From: Hydrolagus affinis
Taxonomy: Eukaryota
Reading direction: 5' to 3'
DNA: 64,000 nucleotides
NCBI GenBank assembly: GCA_012026655.1
Contig: JAAILG010001340.1
Location: 1-64,000 of the forward strand
Positions 37,101-50,270 of this stretch are shown piece after piece. Every line of letters starts with the position of its first letter. The stretch's first letter is position 1. The notes below the pieces were generated by a model, which ran no database searches, was not told the origin of the DNA, and saw only the letters and a program-made list of their open reading frames with translations. The translations under genes and the position numbers were made by a program.

Positions 37101-39074
37101 AAAGAACTGGTCCAGAAAAAGGGTCTACCACATGGCATATTGGATGGAATGAGTACAGTCATTGTTTCATGGCAGTACTGTCATTTACTGACTGCAGTAC
37201 AAAGAGGTGTAATGCAAGATTAAATCCAGACTTTTAGCTAGCAGATTAAAACCAATCATGACAGATGTCCATGAGACTGTTTAACATACAAAATGCATGA
37301 CATGTCCATGAAGTAAAGGATAAAGCCCTGGGTTTTTTTCAGGAGCGCTGTTCCTTCAATTTTACTTCCAAAAAGGAAAATTCTAATGATGTGTAGTGCC
37401 CTTGCTTTAGTTTCTCAGCAATGCATGAGTCTATACGTTCATTAAATAGGATAGATTTAGCAATGGACCCATACGTTTGTTGAGCTGCGAGGTTTTGTTG
37501 TGGGATGAATGTTTTTCCATGTATTAAGAATTTGACATAAACTGTCTATCTAATTAATGTGTGGATTCTTGAACACGAATAAAGAACTACTATTGCCTTA
37601 CTTTGTTTCTCTCTCTTAAAGGTGCAGTCACTATTTCAGCTGCAATTGGCTCGTCAATATTGGTATAAATTTTTTTAAACTTGAAAAAGAAATGAATTTG
37701 GAATCATTACAGCCACAAAATGTCAACAGATTTGAAAAGAAAATCGAGTAGAATGGATGACAGAAGCTTAAACAATGGGCAAAAAAGCTTTTCAGTTTGT
37801 TGGTAAGTTTTCAATCTACCACTATAAAGATGTTCTAAATCAATCATGGTTTGCCTGCCGTTATAATGAAGCAAGGAGGTTAACGCTTAAAAAGTTTTGT
37901 GGTGTGAGGCCAGAAATGAATTTAAAAGTGGAATTGTTCAACCTGAATCTGAGCTGCTCTAAGCAACCATCAAGTGGGTGGGCTTCCGATACATTTTACC
38001 AATTTTTCATGCCCATCCCTCTAAATGTGACCCTGCTCCTTGGCTTTTATGCCTCTGACAACTTTGCAGAGGAAAACATGCGGCCTCTCTGATAGCATGA
38101 AATTGGGAACAATGGTGTAGGATAAGAAGAGGGCTACGAGGATGGATACAGCCAGAGCCCGCCTGATTTCATCTGGAAACAGATGTTAGTTAAACCCGAT
38201 GTGCGACCAACATGAAAGGAGTTCATTTTCTGGCTGTGGGAGAAGTGATATTCCAGCAATTATTTTTAATGATGAAAACAGAACAAGCAATATGATTGTC
38301 GGGAGATAAATCTGTGAAGAGCAAGGAAACCGAAGTAGGATTGAGTATTTTCACAGAGCTCCAGTTACTGTCAGAAGAATCAATTAGAACAACACAGAAC
38401 TTCTGAATAACCATTATTCTTTAAAAGAGGATCAATTAGCACAACTCATTGCACTTGACCAGAAATAGATTGACTTCATGCAATAATTTGTACTCCTTTG
38501 CTAACCGACAATCGAACTGTTTGAGCCACATAACATTAGCTTTTAGTTTTAAAACCCAAAGATAGAAATGCAGATACTTTTAAACTGTGCAAATATGTTG
38601 GTGGGTAAATTTTATCTTTATTTTGAAAAATAGAAAGAAGTTTTTAGTCTTAAAAATGGGGGAAAAAAAACTGTATTTCACTAAATAATCATCAACAGCA
38701 CAACTGGCATGTGATTATATAAAGTTAGCAGAGTGTCTGAGTGCTGCCATTGTGTAACCAAACTTCTGTTTAGGCATTTCTGCTGCTGTTAATAACATGC
38801 TCCATTTACAGCAACAGAAATCCAACGAGATAGCACTGCAGTATTAAAGTGGATAGCTCGCTACTATACAGATCAGAGATATACTGTTATCGGGTTCATA
38901 AAATGTCAGCTGGTACTTATAACCCAACATAAAGGAACGGGACCTCTGCAGAGCACTGTCCAAACCAACACTGCCATCTTCAAAATCTGGTTGCATGCTT
39001 AAGATGTCTTTCCTGCCTCTTTTATTTTTGCGTGATGAACATTTCAAATAGAGCTAGCTCAGTGACTCCTTTTA

Positions 39075-39950
39075 TAAAGTCTTAATTAATTTTGAGAATA
39101 TGACAGGCTGATTAAGATAAACCTCCAGAGAAACGAGCCTCATCTTAAAAAGCCTGGCAACAAGGCACAGCTGGTGACACTGCAAAAGTCACAGCCATTC
39201 CCTGGCAAGAAAAGCTGCAAACTGCCATCAATCATCATCAGTGTCAGTTCTGTGATGAATGGCAGGTGTGGCAGCATCCAGCGAGCGCTAGGCTCTGCGA
39301 TCAGTGACGAGTGCTACTGGTACCACTGTCTCTCTATGTCAAACCATGCCAGCTGAAACCCACAGCTGCCACTTGCCTCTGTTCAGATGCACACTCACAC
39401 TGACAGCAGCAGTTACTTTTAAACATGTTATTATTAATTACATTAATGATGCTACGGCCTATTAAAAATGCAAGATAACTGCATTCATTCTGCGTATGTT
39501 TTAATTATGTTCAGTGCTTTGGCAAATTAGATCAAAGTCTTGGCTTTTCTGTTCCACTCAGTTACCCTGTTTGTATTAATTTACATCTCAAATAGGCGGC
39601 GCTGTTAATTCCAGCTGGGAATAACCTCTCTTTTATTCTTTAACAGTGTCATCTTTCCACATAATGAAGCTTTGTAGGACCCTAGAGCTGATATAGTTTA
39701 ATCTCCTCTGTTTGCACAAATTAAAACCTGGTTTATGACCACATGCATCCACATTCTCTGGGGGGCATGAGGCTCCTGTCGCCAGTTGTGAAACAATACA
39801 GTCAGCTGCATTGATAACACAGCCCCTGCCCTCCCAGTAAATGATGGAAGGGAAAACAATTGCATCATTTAATTTACTATTTCAGTGATTATATGCCTCA
39901 TTGGCTTCTCGTTGTTTTGATGATGGATTTAATTAACCTCCAATGAATCT
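39075..39950. promoter_or_regulatory. Candidate conserved non-coding element or enhancer cluster in an INPP5A intron
   Basis: Meis TGACAG next to TGATTAA (39101-39115), atcaatca, several TAATTA and E-box CAGCTG motifs, retained CpGs, no repeats. Conservation not verified. Confidence 0.4.
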
Positions 39951-41024
39951 TTCCAGTAGCAAGGTTAGTGGCAGGGAGGAATTGAAAGTGTCAAAAAATT
40001 CCAGGAAAAAGAATGAAAGTAAGTGATAGCTGTCCAGAAAAGCTCTTGGATGTCGGTTTTCCGAACTGTATGTTGCATTAATCCTCAACATTAGAAGTCT
40101 CACATTCCGATATTACTGTCCAAACTTGATCTTTCGAAAAGTTGTGGCTAAGCTTTTCTTGTGCGCTCCACTTTTAAAAAAAATCTTAGGAGATGAGAGG
40201 ATAAAGCAAAGTTGGGAGCAAAGAAAATTATTTTTATGCCATCAGTTCAAAAACTGTCACTTCTGTACCTGAAGAGGCTTTATGACCATTGGTTTGATGG
40301 AAACGAACTGTCATTGGCCTGGCCATCCACAAGGATGCCACCAGATAAGCCATTATCACTGGTATTTCAGTGCGAAGCAAGACCACCACCAAGAAAGCAC
40401 ACTGACACCATTAGTGTCCACGTGGCTGTGCCTTTTGTATACTTTCAAAAGAAATTGGTGAATAAAGGTCAATTCAAGTCAATTCTTTATGTATGGCCTA
40501 ATTAATTATTCTGCTAATGTGAGAGTGGCTCAGGTCCGGTGACTGACCCTCCCTCAAACCTGCACCTGTAAAAATGTCATAGTTGCCACAGCCACAAACA
40601 AGTTAAAACGCTATCTTCAGGATTCCGAATATTGTACTCCTTGTGACTGGATTCAACTGAAATTCATAGTCTTGATAGGCTAAGTGAGTTAGCCTAATTC
40701 TCCAATTAACATGGCAGTAACTACAGTTTAAACAGGAGATGCACTGTGCAATCTGGATGAGAATGAATAAAACTGATAACATCTCACACATACAGTAAGG
40801 AATTCATGTTTGAATTGCTTTTCCCGTCATGGTTAGTTAGAAAAACGCTGTAAAAATACCGTTATATCATCCCCACCCTCATCTTTGTACACGATTATAA
40901 ATTATTTTACTTTCTTTAAATGTTGTTCCTTTTATAAAAAGAGAAAATTGCTCTGAGGGAAATCTTGGATTCCATGCTCACCTCCAACAAGAGATTGGGG
41001 GTGTTTATGAGCCCCCAATCGACT

Positions 41025-41440
41025 TGTGTGTCAGCCTAGCCAGTGGTAGCATTCTCACCTCTGGGTCAGGGACCAAACTGACACTCCAATGCAATGGTGG
41101 GGGGTGTTGCATTGTCAGAGGTGCTGTCCTTCCGATGAAACATTAACCCAAAGTCAAGAGTTCAGGTGGATATTTAAAATCCCATGGTACTATTCGAAAA
41201 GAGTAGGGAGTTTCTCTGGGGACCAAATCCCCCAAATAAACATTGGCCATTCACTTCACAGCGGTTTGTGAGATATTGCTATGTGGAAACTGGCTGTCAT
41301 GTTTTGCCCCCAAAACACATAGTTAAAACCACTTTGCAGTACATCCTTAAGTGCTTATCACATCATTAAGACGTCACTGCGAAGCAACCTTTTAACAACA
41401 TGATAAGACACTAAATCAAATGCAAGGATTATTATTATTA
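41025..41440 (+). mobile_element. Deu-domain SINE (SacSINE1-like), near full length
   Basis: tRNA-like head agtggtagcattctcacctctgggtcag, Deu core ctgacactccaatgcaatgg...gtgttgcattgtcagaggtgctgtccttccgatgaaacattaacc...caggtggatatttaaaatcccatggtactattcgaaaagagtaggg, then the shared tail with (ATT)n. Confidence 0.75.
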
Positions 41441-42934
41441 TACACACAAAACACGCTAAACTTTATATAGAACACAGTGCATCAGCTCCAATAACTCTGA
41501 CCTCAAACTATTATCTACAGATAAGACTTGAGCAACTCTAAACAAAATAAACTAAGTTGTTTTAGGATTTTCATCTTTCAACCATATTAAGATATATTTA
41601 GAGAATATTATTTTTGTTCTGACAAGTATGTTATTAATTTTGGTCTTTGACCTCAAGCAATCTTGCAGCCTTTTGCCCTGTGTTTCGCTGTAATGAGGCA
41701 GTCTGCAAAGGTTCTTTTGATATTTATTTGCTTATATGTAGAGGTTTTACAAGTTATTTTCATAAAAGCAAGAGGGACAGTGTAATTTAATATACAAAAG
41801 TTTCAAATCATTATTAATTTGAGATATTTAGCAAATTCCTCTTGATCTTAAAAAGAATCTACTCTTTTACAAAGCAGTTTTGTTTGAAATTATATTTGTG
41901 ATTTTTAAAACATGTCTTTTAGTGGGGGTAAACACAGAGGACACTTTAATACTCCCATGATACCATTGAGCTGCCTACCAACATTCTTTGCATTTAAGTC
42001 ACAGTCTGTTTAGGAATCTTATCATCAAGGGCTACTCTGCAGTTTGAAATTCAAGAGATCATCTCAGTCCCAAATACAGTAGCATGATTTTCATGAGTCT
42101 TTCTCATTTTCTGTGAATACTTAGTTTTGTGTCTCCATATAATCATCCAAATTTGCAATTGGTTATCAAATTTATCATTAGTACAGAATGTCTGTTCATC
42201 CCAGTTCAATGCTTTATAGTAGATGCATTTTCATACTACAGTATACTGTAACACAGCAGATTAGCTGGACTGGCAGCTGTGATATTCCTACAGCATCCCT
42301 TTAATCTGCCTGTGTTTATTAAGACACCTGCTCTGGATATATTCTACAATTGAGACAAGGAATAAGCTATGGATAACTCTTGTTTATATTTCACTATTAA
42401 GGAAGTTAACACAAGTCCTCCGTTAAGCATAAATATGTTAGTTACCTGTTGATGGGACTATTTAAACTGAGCATTTAATCATATATATTACAATAGATAT
42501 ACTTGTATTGAGGTTACATAGGATTTTAAAACTCCCAAGCAACTTCAGGCATTTTAATACTCTGCAGACCCATTTCAGCTGCTTTCAATTCTCTTTCCAG
42601 CCATTTGCCATGGCATTAAAACTCTCCAAAACAAGGATTCTAGCTAAACAATGTGGCTGTTTCAGTTCACGGATTCAGTGAAAGCTGTATGAAAAGGCCG
42701 GTGCTTTGAATATGTAGCAATTTGAATAAAAAACAGTTAGGGTTTGGGAGGGAAAGCTAGGCATACTAAATGTAGCAACAGTACATACTACTTACTGCAT
42801 TTACGCTGACGCAAAACATTCAAGAGATTTTTTTTAAGTACTATTCATTTAGAGGTAGGTTTATGCAGCTCTGTGATCAACAATAAAACCATTGCCTGCT
42901 TTGGTCCTGACAATGCTGACTCCTGCTTGGATAT

Positions 42935-43220
42935 GGTTCCATAAGCACTGGGCGCTCTCATGCACCTTACCTCAGAGGCTTTTATTCATGTGTGAGAATA
43001 GACAGTGAGTACCAGAAGGCTATTTAAATGGAGGAGGGGATAAGAAAGTCTCCACCAGAGTCAAATTCTGTCACCACACGATCACCTAACATGCATACAT
43101 TCCAGCAAGTCACTGAATAGCAATCAGGACTGCTGCATTTTCCCTTCTGGTAAACCCAAGGCACTGAAACCATTTGTTGCACTTCAAAAGATAAACTCAG
43201 TGTAGTCTATGAACTGAACT
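42935..43220 (-). mobile_element. Ancient SINE-like interspersed repeat (related pieces at 29660-29760 - and 53510-53640 +)
   Basis: ttcatgtgtgagaatagacagtgag...gctatt resembles an old fish-lineage repeat I recall. The related pieces share a ctgagttagttgatctcag...gctacaattgg-like motif. The family name is not established. Confidence 0.4.
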
Positions 43221-44069
43221 ATTGACATTCAAACCCACTTCCCCTCCCGTCCCTCCACCCTCCCTAATCCCGACCCCAACTCGGGTCTGAAATGCTGACT
43301 GCCCAGCACCTTGGGACGTCTTCCTGACATGAAAGGCGCTATACAAATGTAATTTTGTTGTTATTGTTCTGTATGGTTTACTTCTAAGATGAACAAGTCT
43401 TAGAGGAGAGCCTGGCTCTTCTTATTTGGGGTGAAATAAGCAAGTTCCCATTGGAGATGTGCTTAACATCCTAAGGCATTTTGCTTTTCAGTGTGAAGTG
43501 TTATTCTCCCTACCTATAAAGCTTTCTGATGCTGTGAAGTGGGGAGAGTTGAAGCAAGGCACATACTTGTTGCACGACTTGTGAATTTGACCTAAGAAGT
43601 TGTCAGTTAAACTCTGACCAAAATCAAATACCTTTGTCGTATAAATAGAGAATGAAGTGTAAAGAATGCAAATTTCGGTAAGAGCAACTTTCAGAGAGGA
43701 CGGTCTACAGCTGGAATAGTGCTTGAAGGACGCATTTAAGAAACAAGGAGCTGCTGTAAAGGGAAGGTGTAAGAGTAGGTACAGTATTTTGAAAGCATGA
43801 GATTAAGGGCCTTCATCATCTGTACCTCACTTGTAATCTTTGTCCATCCAAAGATATGGAGCAAGAATCAAACATCATGTGTACATGAATTGTCAGATAT
43901 AACCCAGTATACTATAAAAGAAAAGGGGGACAGTTGCTTATAGTTTATTACTACAGTAATCTGAAGATTCGGGTCCTGATCAATTATCTGCACCCCAAAC
44001 CCTAGGAAATACTACTGTGTTAGAATTCAACATTGTGGCTCCTTCACATTCACATTGAATTCACATTGA

Positions 44070-44394
44070 GGAGTCCTGTAGCTCAGTGGTTAGAGCACTT
44101 GCCTTACAAGCATGAGACCTGTGTTTGAATCCAGGCAGATCAGGTCGAAACCTTGGACAAGTTTCCTTATTCCACACATCTAATAACAATCCCTCAAAAA
44201 ATCCCACAATAAAATTGGTCATTTCAATCCACGACTGCTTGTGGGACTCTGCTGTGCGCAATTGGCTGCTGTATTTCACCCACAAATGTACAGTCAATTC
44301 ACTTTACAGTATATTCTGTGAAGTGCTTTGAAACATTGATAAGATGTGAAAAGTGCTATATCAAATGCAACGATTATTATTATTATTATTATTA
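44070..44394 (+). mobile_element. Full-length tRNA-derived SINE, short form
   Basis: gagtcctgtagctcagtggttagagcacttgccttacaagc...gtttgaatcc...(ATT)n tail. Confidence 0.92.
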
Positions 44395-45411
44395 CAACTC
44401 TAAGCTCTGCTACCATCACCAGCCTCAAATATCAAACTAGAATTGTGCAGTGTGAAAAAGGTAGAGTTGCTAGCTGTGCTATCTTTCTGTTGGGATGGAC
44501 TCATGTACAGATCAGTGATTTGTCGTCACATCACAGCAGCAGGAAATGGTCTGTTGCCAGAAAAGAAAGTTATTATCGGTGACCTTGAATGTATGTACTA
44601 CAATGAGTACTTTTTGTTCTGAATGATTTTGCAACCGTATAAAGAAGCGACTGCGATAATGTGCATTCTCTCCAGGAGACCATAAATTGCAGATTAGCTT
44701 CAGGTAGCATTCAGGAAGATACAACCCCATCTACTAAACTAAGAGCTATTGGTAAAATACAGAACAAATCCCTCCCATCCGCTCCATAGGAAGCTCCTCC
44801 CTCATGCCAAACAAATCAATCATCAGCAACATCTGCCTAGACAGCACGGGGGAAAGGGCACTGCTACATGTTAAAAGAACAAAATGACAGCAAAAAGCAA
44901 ACACTGAGCTGTGGGGAGCTTTCAAATTTATGAAAAAAGGTCACAACCTGGTCTCAGCTGCAACACATACATAGATGCATAAAAACAAAAGAATAAAGCA
45001 GCAAAAATTGCAGCACTTCATCAAACACATTTTCATGCACTATAGCACAGAAATTACCAGATTATATTTTCCGTTAAGTAAGAAAAAGCGAGACTGATAC
45101 TCATTGGGCAACAATATATTTAATGGATGGAGCTGATTTTAAAGGGACAAAGGAGTTGGCAGTGCACCCATCCACAGTATGATCCTGATCCCTGTCAAAC
45201 CAACATAAATGGGACATAAAAAGTGGAAGTCTGACACTTCCCACAATGAAAGGAGCAACCGGAGGATAAGCCTTCTTGGATTGTCTTGTGCACCTCTTAC
45301 TGGTTGGCTCTGGAAGTAGATTGCTTGGCCTGTTTCTGCCAAATGGTGCATTATATTCAGAGGAGAGTGAGGACAGTGGAGTTCCCATTTGAAATGCAAG
45401 GACTCCTAGTA

Positions 45412-45762
45412 GAGTCCTGTAGCTCAGTAGTTAGAGCACTCTCCTTACAAGCGTGAGACCTGTGTTTTGAATCCGGCCAGGTCATGGCGAAACCTTGGGC
45501 AAGTTTCCTTACTCCACACACCTAATAATAATCCGTCCAAAACCCCCCCACCCCACCAAAAAACTTATAATAAATTGATCATTTTCAATCCACAACTGTT
45601 TGTGGGACACTGCTGTGCACAATTGGCATTTCGCCTACAATTATACAATCAATTCACTTTACAGTATATTCAGTAAAGCGCTTTGAGACATCTAAAAGAC
45701 ATGAATAGCGCTATATCAAATGCAAGAATTATTATTATTATTTATTATTATTATTATTATTA
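45412..45762 (+). mobile_element. Full-length tRNA-derived SINE, short form
   Basis: Same head, body and tail as the 44070 copy, with a long (ATT)n tail. Confidence 0.92.
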
Positions 45763-46446
45763 GTGTTGTGCCAAAGGCATCTTTGATATCCACATGAACA
45801 GGCATCAACTCTGAATGATCCATCTCTGACAATGTGGCTTTCCCCCATCATCGCACTAGAGGAGAGTCGGGTTTAGACTTTCCAAACTCATAGACATTTA
45901 AGCAACATAAAGATGAGAGTTTGCTCCATCAATATGGGGTAGATTCAAACATAAGTGCCAGAATTGGGTAAACAGCTCATTGTCTAATTGTATCACCAAG
46001 TCCTCTGTAAAATTATACATAAAATACAAATATGGTAGGCAGATAACTAGACTCAAGGCTTCAACAAATTAGTTTTAAAAATCTCCTTTTGGAGCAGAAT
46101 ATGGATTCAGCCATCCACAATTCATATAAATCTACAGCCCTTCTAATTTTGTGAATGAAATATAATTATGAGAAAATTAATTCACCTGCAGTATTCATAA
46201 TTATTCACAACAATCCATAAACAACTGTATTCCATTTTACAACCTTTTCTTTCCTGCTTTTAGGCCTCCCTTCCTCCTATGTGTCCTTCCTTCAATTACA
46301 CATGTTTATCTTTACCCTGGTTTACATTTTCACATCTACCGACTGCAGGCTTCCTCAATACAATGGGAAAATTCATATTATTTCCTTCTGAAGTTCTCTC
46401 CATCCCAGCGCCCCAACATAAAGTTATCTGCTACCTACCACAAGAT

Positions 46447-46462
46447 GCTCCATCTAGTGGCC
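46447..46462 (-). promoter_or_regulatory. Candidate CTCF core motif
   Basis: - strand GGCCACTAGATGGAGC, one mismatch to the core consensus. Motif match only. Confidence 0.4.
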
Positions 46463-46666
46463 CAGCTCAAAACCACCCAGATTTATTTTTACAATTGGTT
46501 AAATTTGTTTGATAAATCTCTATATTCATTTGTACATTTCTCTCTCTTCCACTTACTCTCATAACTTTACACCCCCAGTCTACCAAGAATTAGTTTACTA
46601 TTCGGCCATGTATGTCTTTTTATAATCTACAATATTCTGATTGCATGGGCTAGATTCCGTACAATC

Positions 46667-46712
46667 TGAGGTTTAGAGGTTTTGAGGTTAGAGGTTTTGA
46701 GATTAGAGGTTT
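46667..46712. repeat. Short tandem repeat with a 7-8 bp unit (gaggttt[t/a])
   Basis: gaggtttagaggttttgaggttagaggttttgagattagaggtttt. Confidence 0.8.
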
Positions 46713-47796
46713 TATTCCACTAAATGTTCCTTTATTATGATCACCAAACCCTTAAGAGCCCTCACATTTCTTCCTTGGGTAAGTCTGTGTGTCTGATAGA
46801 TGCACAAGAGCTAGCTGATTCGTTTAGCGAGCTGAGGTGGTTACCCTCCCACGCTCATTAAGAAATTTCCTCTTTTATTGCCGGATTGTCCTGCATTTCC
46901 CTTTTGTTCACAGGGTAAGATAGGGCTTCTTTCAAACTAGCATTCTCTCCATCTGACTTTTTAAATGAATTGTATCCCCATTCTAACCACCACTATAATG
47001 GGCATAAACAGCACTGGCAACAATGCACTTTCAGAATAAACACAGCTGTGATGGCTGTGATTATGTGAATAATGAGCTTGAAATCTGCATTATCTAAGTA
47101 GTGACAAAGAAACACCAATTACAAGTAGTGTGGTGGCTCCAGCAATTGGTGCTGATTAGGTGCTCAGGGCAACAAAGCGATGAAGTGATGTTTGCTCTGC
47201 AGTCCTTAAATGTAGCAAGGAGACAAAACATACAACACTAAACCTCTAAATCCCTGCACTGGTTTGCTCAGATGTAATAAATATAAGCAATATAATCAAT
47301 TTGATGTGGTGTGTAAAGAATCCTTTCCATATCCAGGTTGCTTAAATCCAAGCATGCCATAAACACAGATTTTATTTCAGGAAACATTCTATTTGACTCA
47401 ATGATGAGTTGGGAGCGGAGTTGACACACAGCAGCCCAAATGGTCATATTTTAGTCAAAGCACAGGTGAAGGGTCAAAGCCCATAGCGCAGTTCACTATC
47501 AACGTTAAACAAGAGTTGGGAGACAAGAGGAGATAAATCAAGAAGCAGTGGTTAGGTGACACCAAGCTTGAATTTTAAAGGCTTGTAAAATGCAAGAGGA
47601 GGAAAGACTCAAAAGAACAAGGAGTTGCTGTCTTGATTTCCAAGAGCATTGGAGACATTGTTTTGAACATTATGAGGATACGAGGAGGAAGAGTGTGTTG
47701 GACAGTGGTACAGTCTAAACTTAGGGGGATATGAGAGGAAAGTTCAGAGAAGAAATGACAACAGTTGTGTTCAATCTAGAATAGTTTCTAAAATAG

Positions 47797-48060
47797 AACA
47801 ACAAAATTACACTTGTTTAGCGCTTTTCACATCAGGAGGAAGTCCCAAGGCGCTGGCAGTCATTGTTTCAGACCAAAGCTGGGGTCGGGGATGGGGAGGA
47901 TGGAGGGAAAGGGAGAGATTTAGGGTGACCAACGGGACCGTCGAGGAGGAGGTTCTTGAGGCGGATGTGAAGGAAGCCAGGGAAGCAGCGAGGCAGAGGC
48001 AAGAAGAGACAAGAATAAAGAAATTAGAGGCCAGAGTTGAGAGAAGGATCGCCAAGCTGT
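47797..48060 (-). mobile_element. L2 LINE 3' fragment of a different subfamily
   Basis: Tail aacaacaaaattacacttgtttagcgcttttcacatcaggaggaagtcccaaggcgctg followed by purine-rich L2-like sequence. Confidence 0.7.
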
Positions 48061-48960
48061 TGATGATTTTTGGGGGGGATTGTTTTCAAGAATGCAAAAG
48101 AAAAGCTATTAGGATATCCTGTACTTATCTTAATTTTACCTCTTCTCTGGCCCAATGGAATTTATTAAAATGTTTCCAGTATCCAGCTCTCTACTTCTCT
48201 AGATTTAGTAGCATTATCATGGATTGTGTTATACTGCGGTTGGTTACAGATGAGGAATCCCAATGAAGGCTTTCCAGTACATAACATGTTTATGCCATGG
48301 AAAATTGCAAAGAGCAAAAACACTGGAACATTTATGAAAAAAGTTTGTTTGAAACAAAAACTGACATGTGCAGTGGTTATATCAAGTATGGTATAACTGG
48401 TTTTGTAGTACCCGTCAAACAGTTTGATTTTTCAAGTAAGAAACATCTATTCTGATTGCATAACTTTACACCTTCTGTGATATTTCTCCTCTGTGAGCTT
48501 GTACCGTATCCATAGTGAATACTATGCAAATGGAATAAGATTCCAATCACAGTTACAGAGACATTGTTTCTAATCGATGTGTTGTTAGAAAATCAATTGT
48601 TCTTCTGTGGGAAGTGTTTTGTTTGGGGGCCAGCACTTCAAAAAATTTGGAATAGCTAAATATTTTCTTTCCAACCCAGAAATGGCTGAGGAACCCTTGC
48701 CCCCAATACATTCCGTACAGTACTGAAAACACAGTACTGAAGGCAAAAAATTTCAGCACCAGGTGACAGTGTGGCCACACCAGGAACTACAAGCAGCTGT
48801 TCCTAGTTTCAAGAGATTTGCCGACATCGGGAAAAATCTGATTATGTATGTTGAAATCTTGCCTGTTTTAGGGAGTTGATGAATTTTGGATTATTGAGGT
48901 TTTACTGTACCAGTGACCATGGACAACCAGATTCATTGCAGATGCATAGTTAACACTTAC

Positions 48961-49045
48961 CTCTATAACACCTTTAGAATCCAACCTGAAGTTGAAGTCA
49001 CCAAATACGAAATGAGGCACCTTCTCGTATCGTTGGTCTGTAATC
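48961..49045 (-). CDS. INPP5A: INPP5A exon: (R)ITDQRYEKVPHFVFGDFNFRLDSKGVIE
   Basis: ccttactgcag|G ATT...GAG|gtaagt, 85 nt, phase 2/0. Contains the catalytic motif GDFNFR. Upstream exons were not found, so they probably lie beyond 64000. Confidence 0.96.
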
Positions 49046-50044
49046 CTGCAGTAAGGAAAGGAAAATGGATGAGAAATATTGCATACATTTCTATTTGAAC
49101 ACTCCTAAAGGAAATTAATGAGACAAGAACATATTCAATAGAGATTGGAGTGAGCCAACTAACCCTACGGATAACGCCACAAAAAAAAATTCTATTTAAT
49201 TGTTTTACTTAAAAAAAATAGATTGGCACAAGTCAGCATGAAGAACCAATGTGATTCTTCATTTTGTTTGCAATTCATATCATATGTTGGTCAGGGGCTG
49301 AGGATAAATATATGTTTCCCATAAATTGCTGGAAGTTTTAGATTAAATCACAGCTTCAGATTGGCATCTGATCTAAATGGGAAATGAAAGACCAGCTTCA
49401 TCTGCCTTTTAAAAGAACTTAGTCAACAATCACTTTGCATTGAATCTACCATTAAATTTGTTGAAGAATTTGTTAATGATAGTACTTAAATAGAAATAAC
49501 TGAGTGGGTTGTAATATTTTACTCTAGCTGATTCCAAACAAACTTTTAAACTTTAACAAAATCCGCGTCTTAGACACCCATCTGACCACTTTTAAACTGT
49601 TTTAATGTCACAATCTTATTTCTTTAATAATATTTTTTGAAAAAATAGCAAGCATTTCAGTACAGTGAACAATGCTCTGAACATGTACAGAAAACTCCTC
49701 AGCTCTTGCCAGGAATGATTCAGAATTGGAAATATAAATCCCGTTTCTCACTCCTAAATTGCTTCAATATTTTAGATGGAGAACAGCATATTTATTTGTG
49801 GATTGCATCCCTATTTGAAAAAAGAGTTATGGTATGATATTTGAACTCTAATGGCCATCTTCACCTTTAACATAAATACATTTTTGTTTTTCTATGTAAG
49901 CACAATGCGTTGTAAAATGTCTCTGCTTAGCAAAAAGAATAAATGAAGTTAGTGGGTGATTGACGTGCACTGCAAGATAGCGACAATCTCCCGTTTAAAT
50001 CTACAATTAAATTTGTTTAAAAATCACTTCATAATAGTATTTAA

Positions 50045-50270
50045 ATAGAGGAACTGGGTTTGGACAGTGGGTTGTAATATGCTCCCCTTTCACTTCTGAG
50101 ACTGGAGTATAAATCCAGGCCAGAATAATGGGATTGAAAGTCTCTTTTCTGCCAACTGAATGTTAAGTGAAATTTGTTTGGGCTGCCTTAACCCCATTGT
50201 AACTACAGCTCTGTTCCCCAAAGTGCCCAAATTTAGAACAACTGGAACTTCATTGCCGATTGGACTCATG
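50045..50270 (+). mobile_element. LF-SINE-like ancient SINE remnant
   Basis: cctttcacttctgagactggagtataaatccaggccag...gaaagtc...gtgaaatttgtttgg follows the order of LF-SINE consensus motifs as I recall them. Confidence 0.45.

Noticed and set aside
44071-44145. tRNA-Val(TAC)-like sequence (also at 33663 and 45412)
   Set aside because: The B box is degenerate, there is no acceptor stem, and it continues into a repeated SINE body and tail. It is a SINE head, not a tRNA gene.
47925-48266. Charged, coiled-coil-looking ORF (EEEVLEADVKEAREAARQRQEE...)
   Set aside because: It comes from the purine-rich antisense strand of an L2 fragment and has no true ATG start.
48860-48908. Tigger-like single terminal repeat (ggattattgaggttttactg|ta) beside the exon donor
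   Set aside because: I could not locate a matching partner TIR, so the element cannot be delimited.
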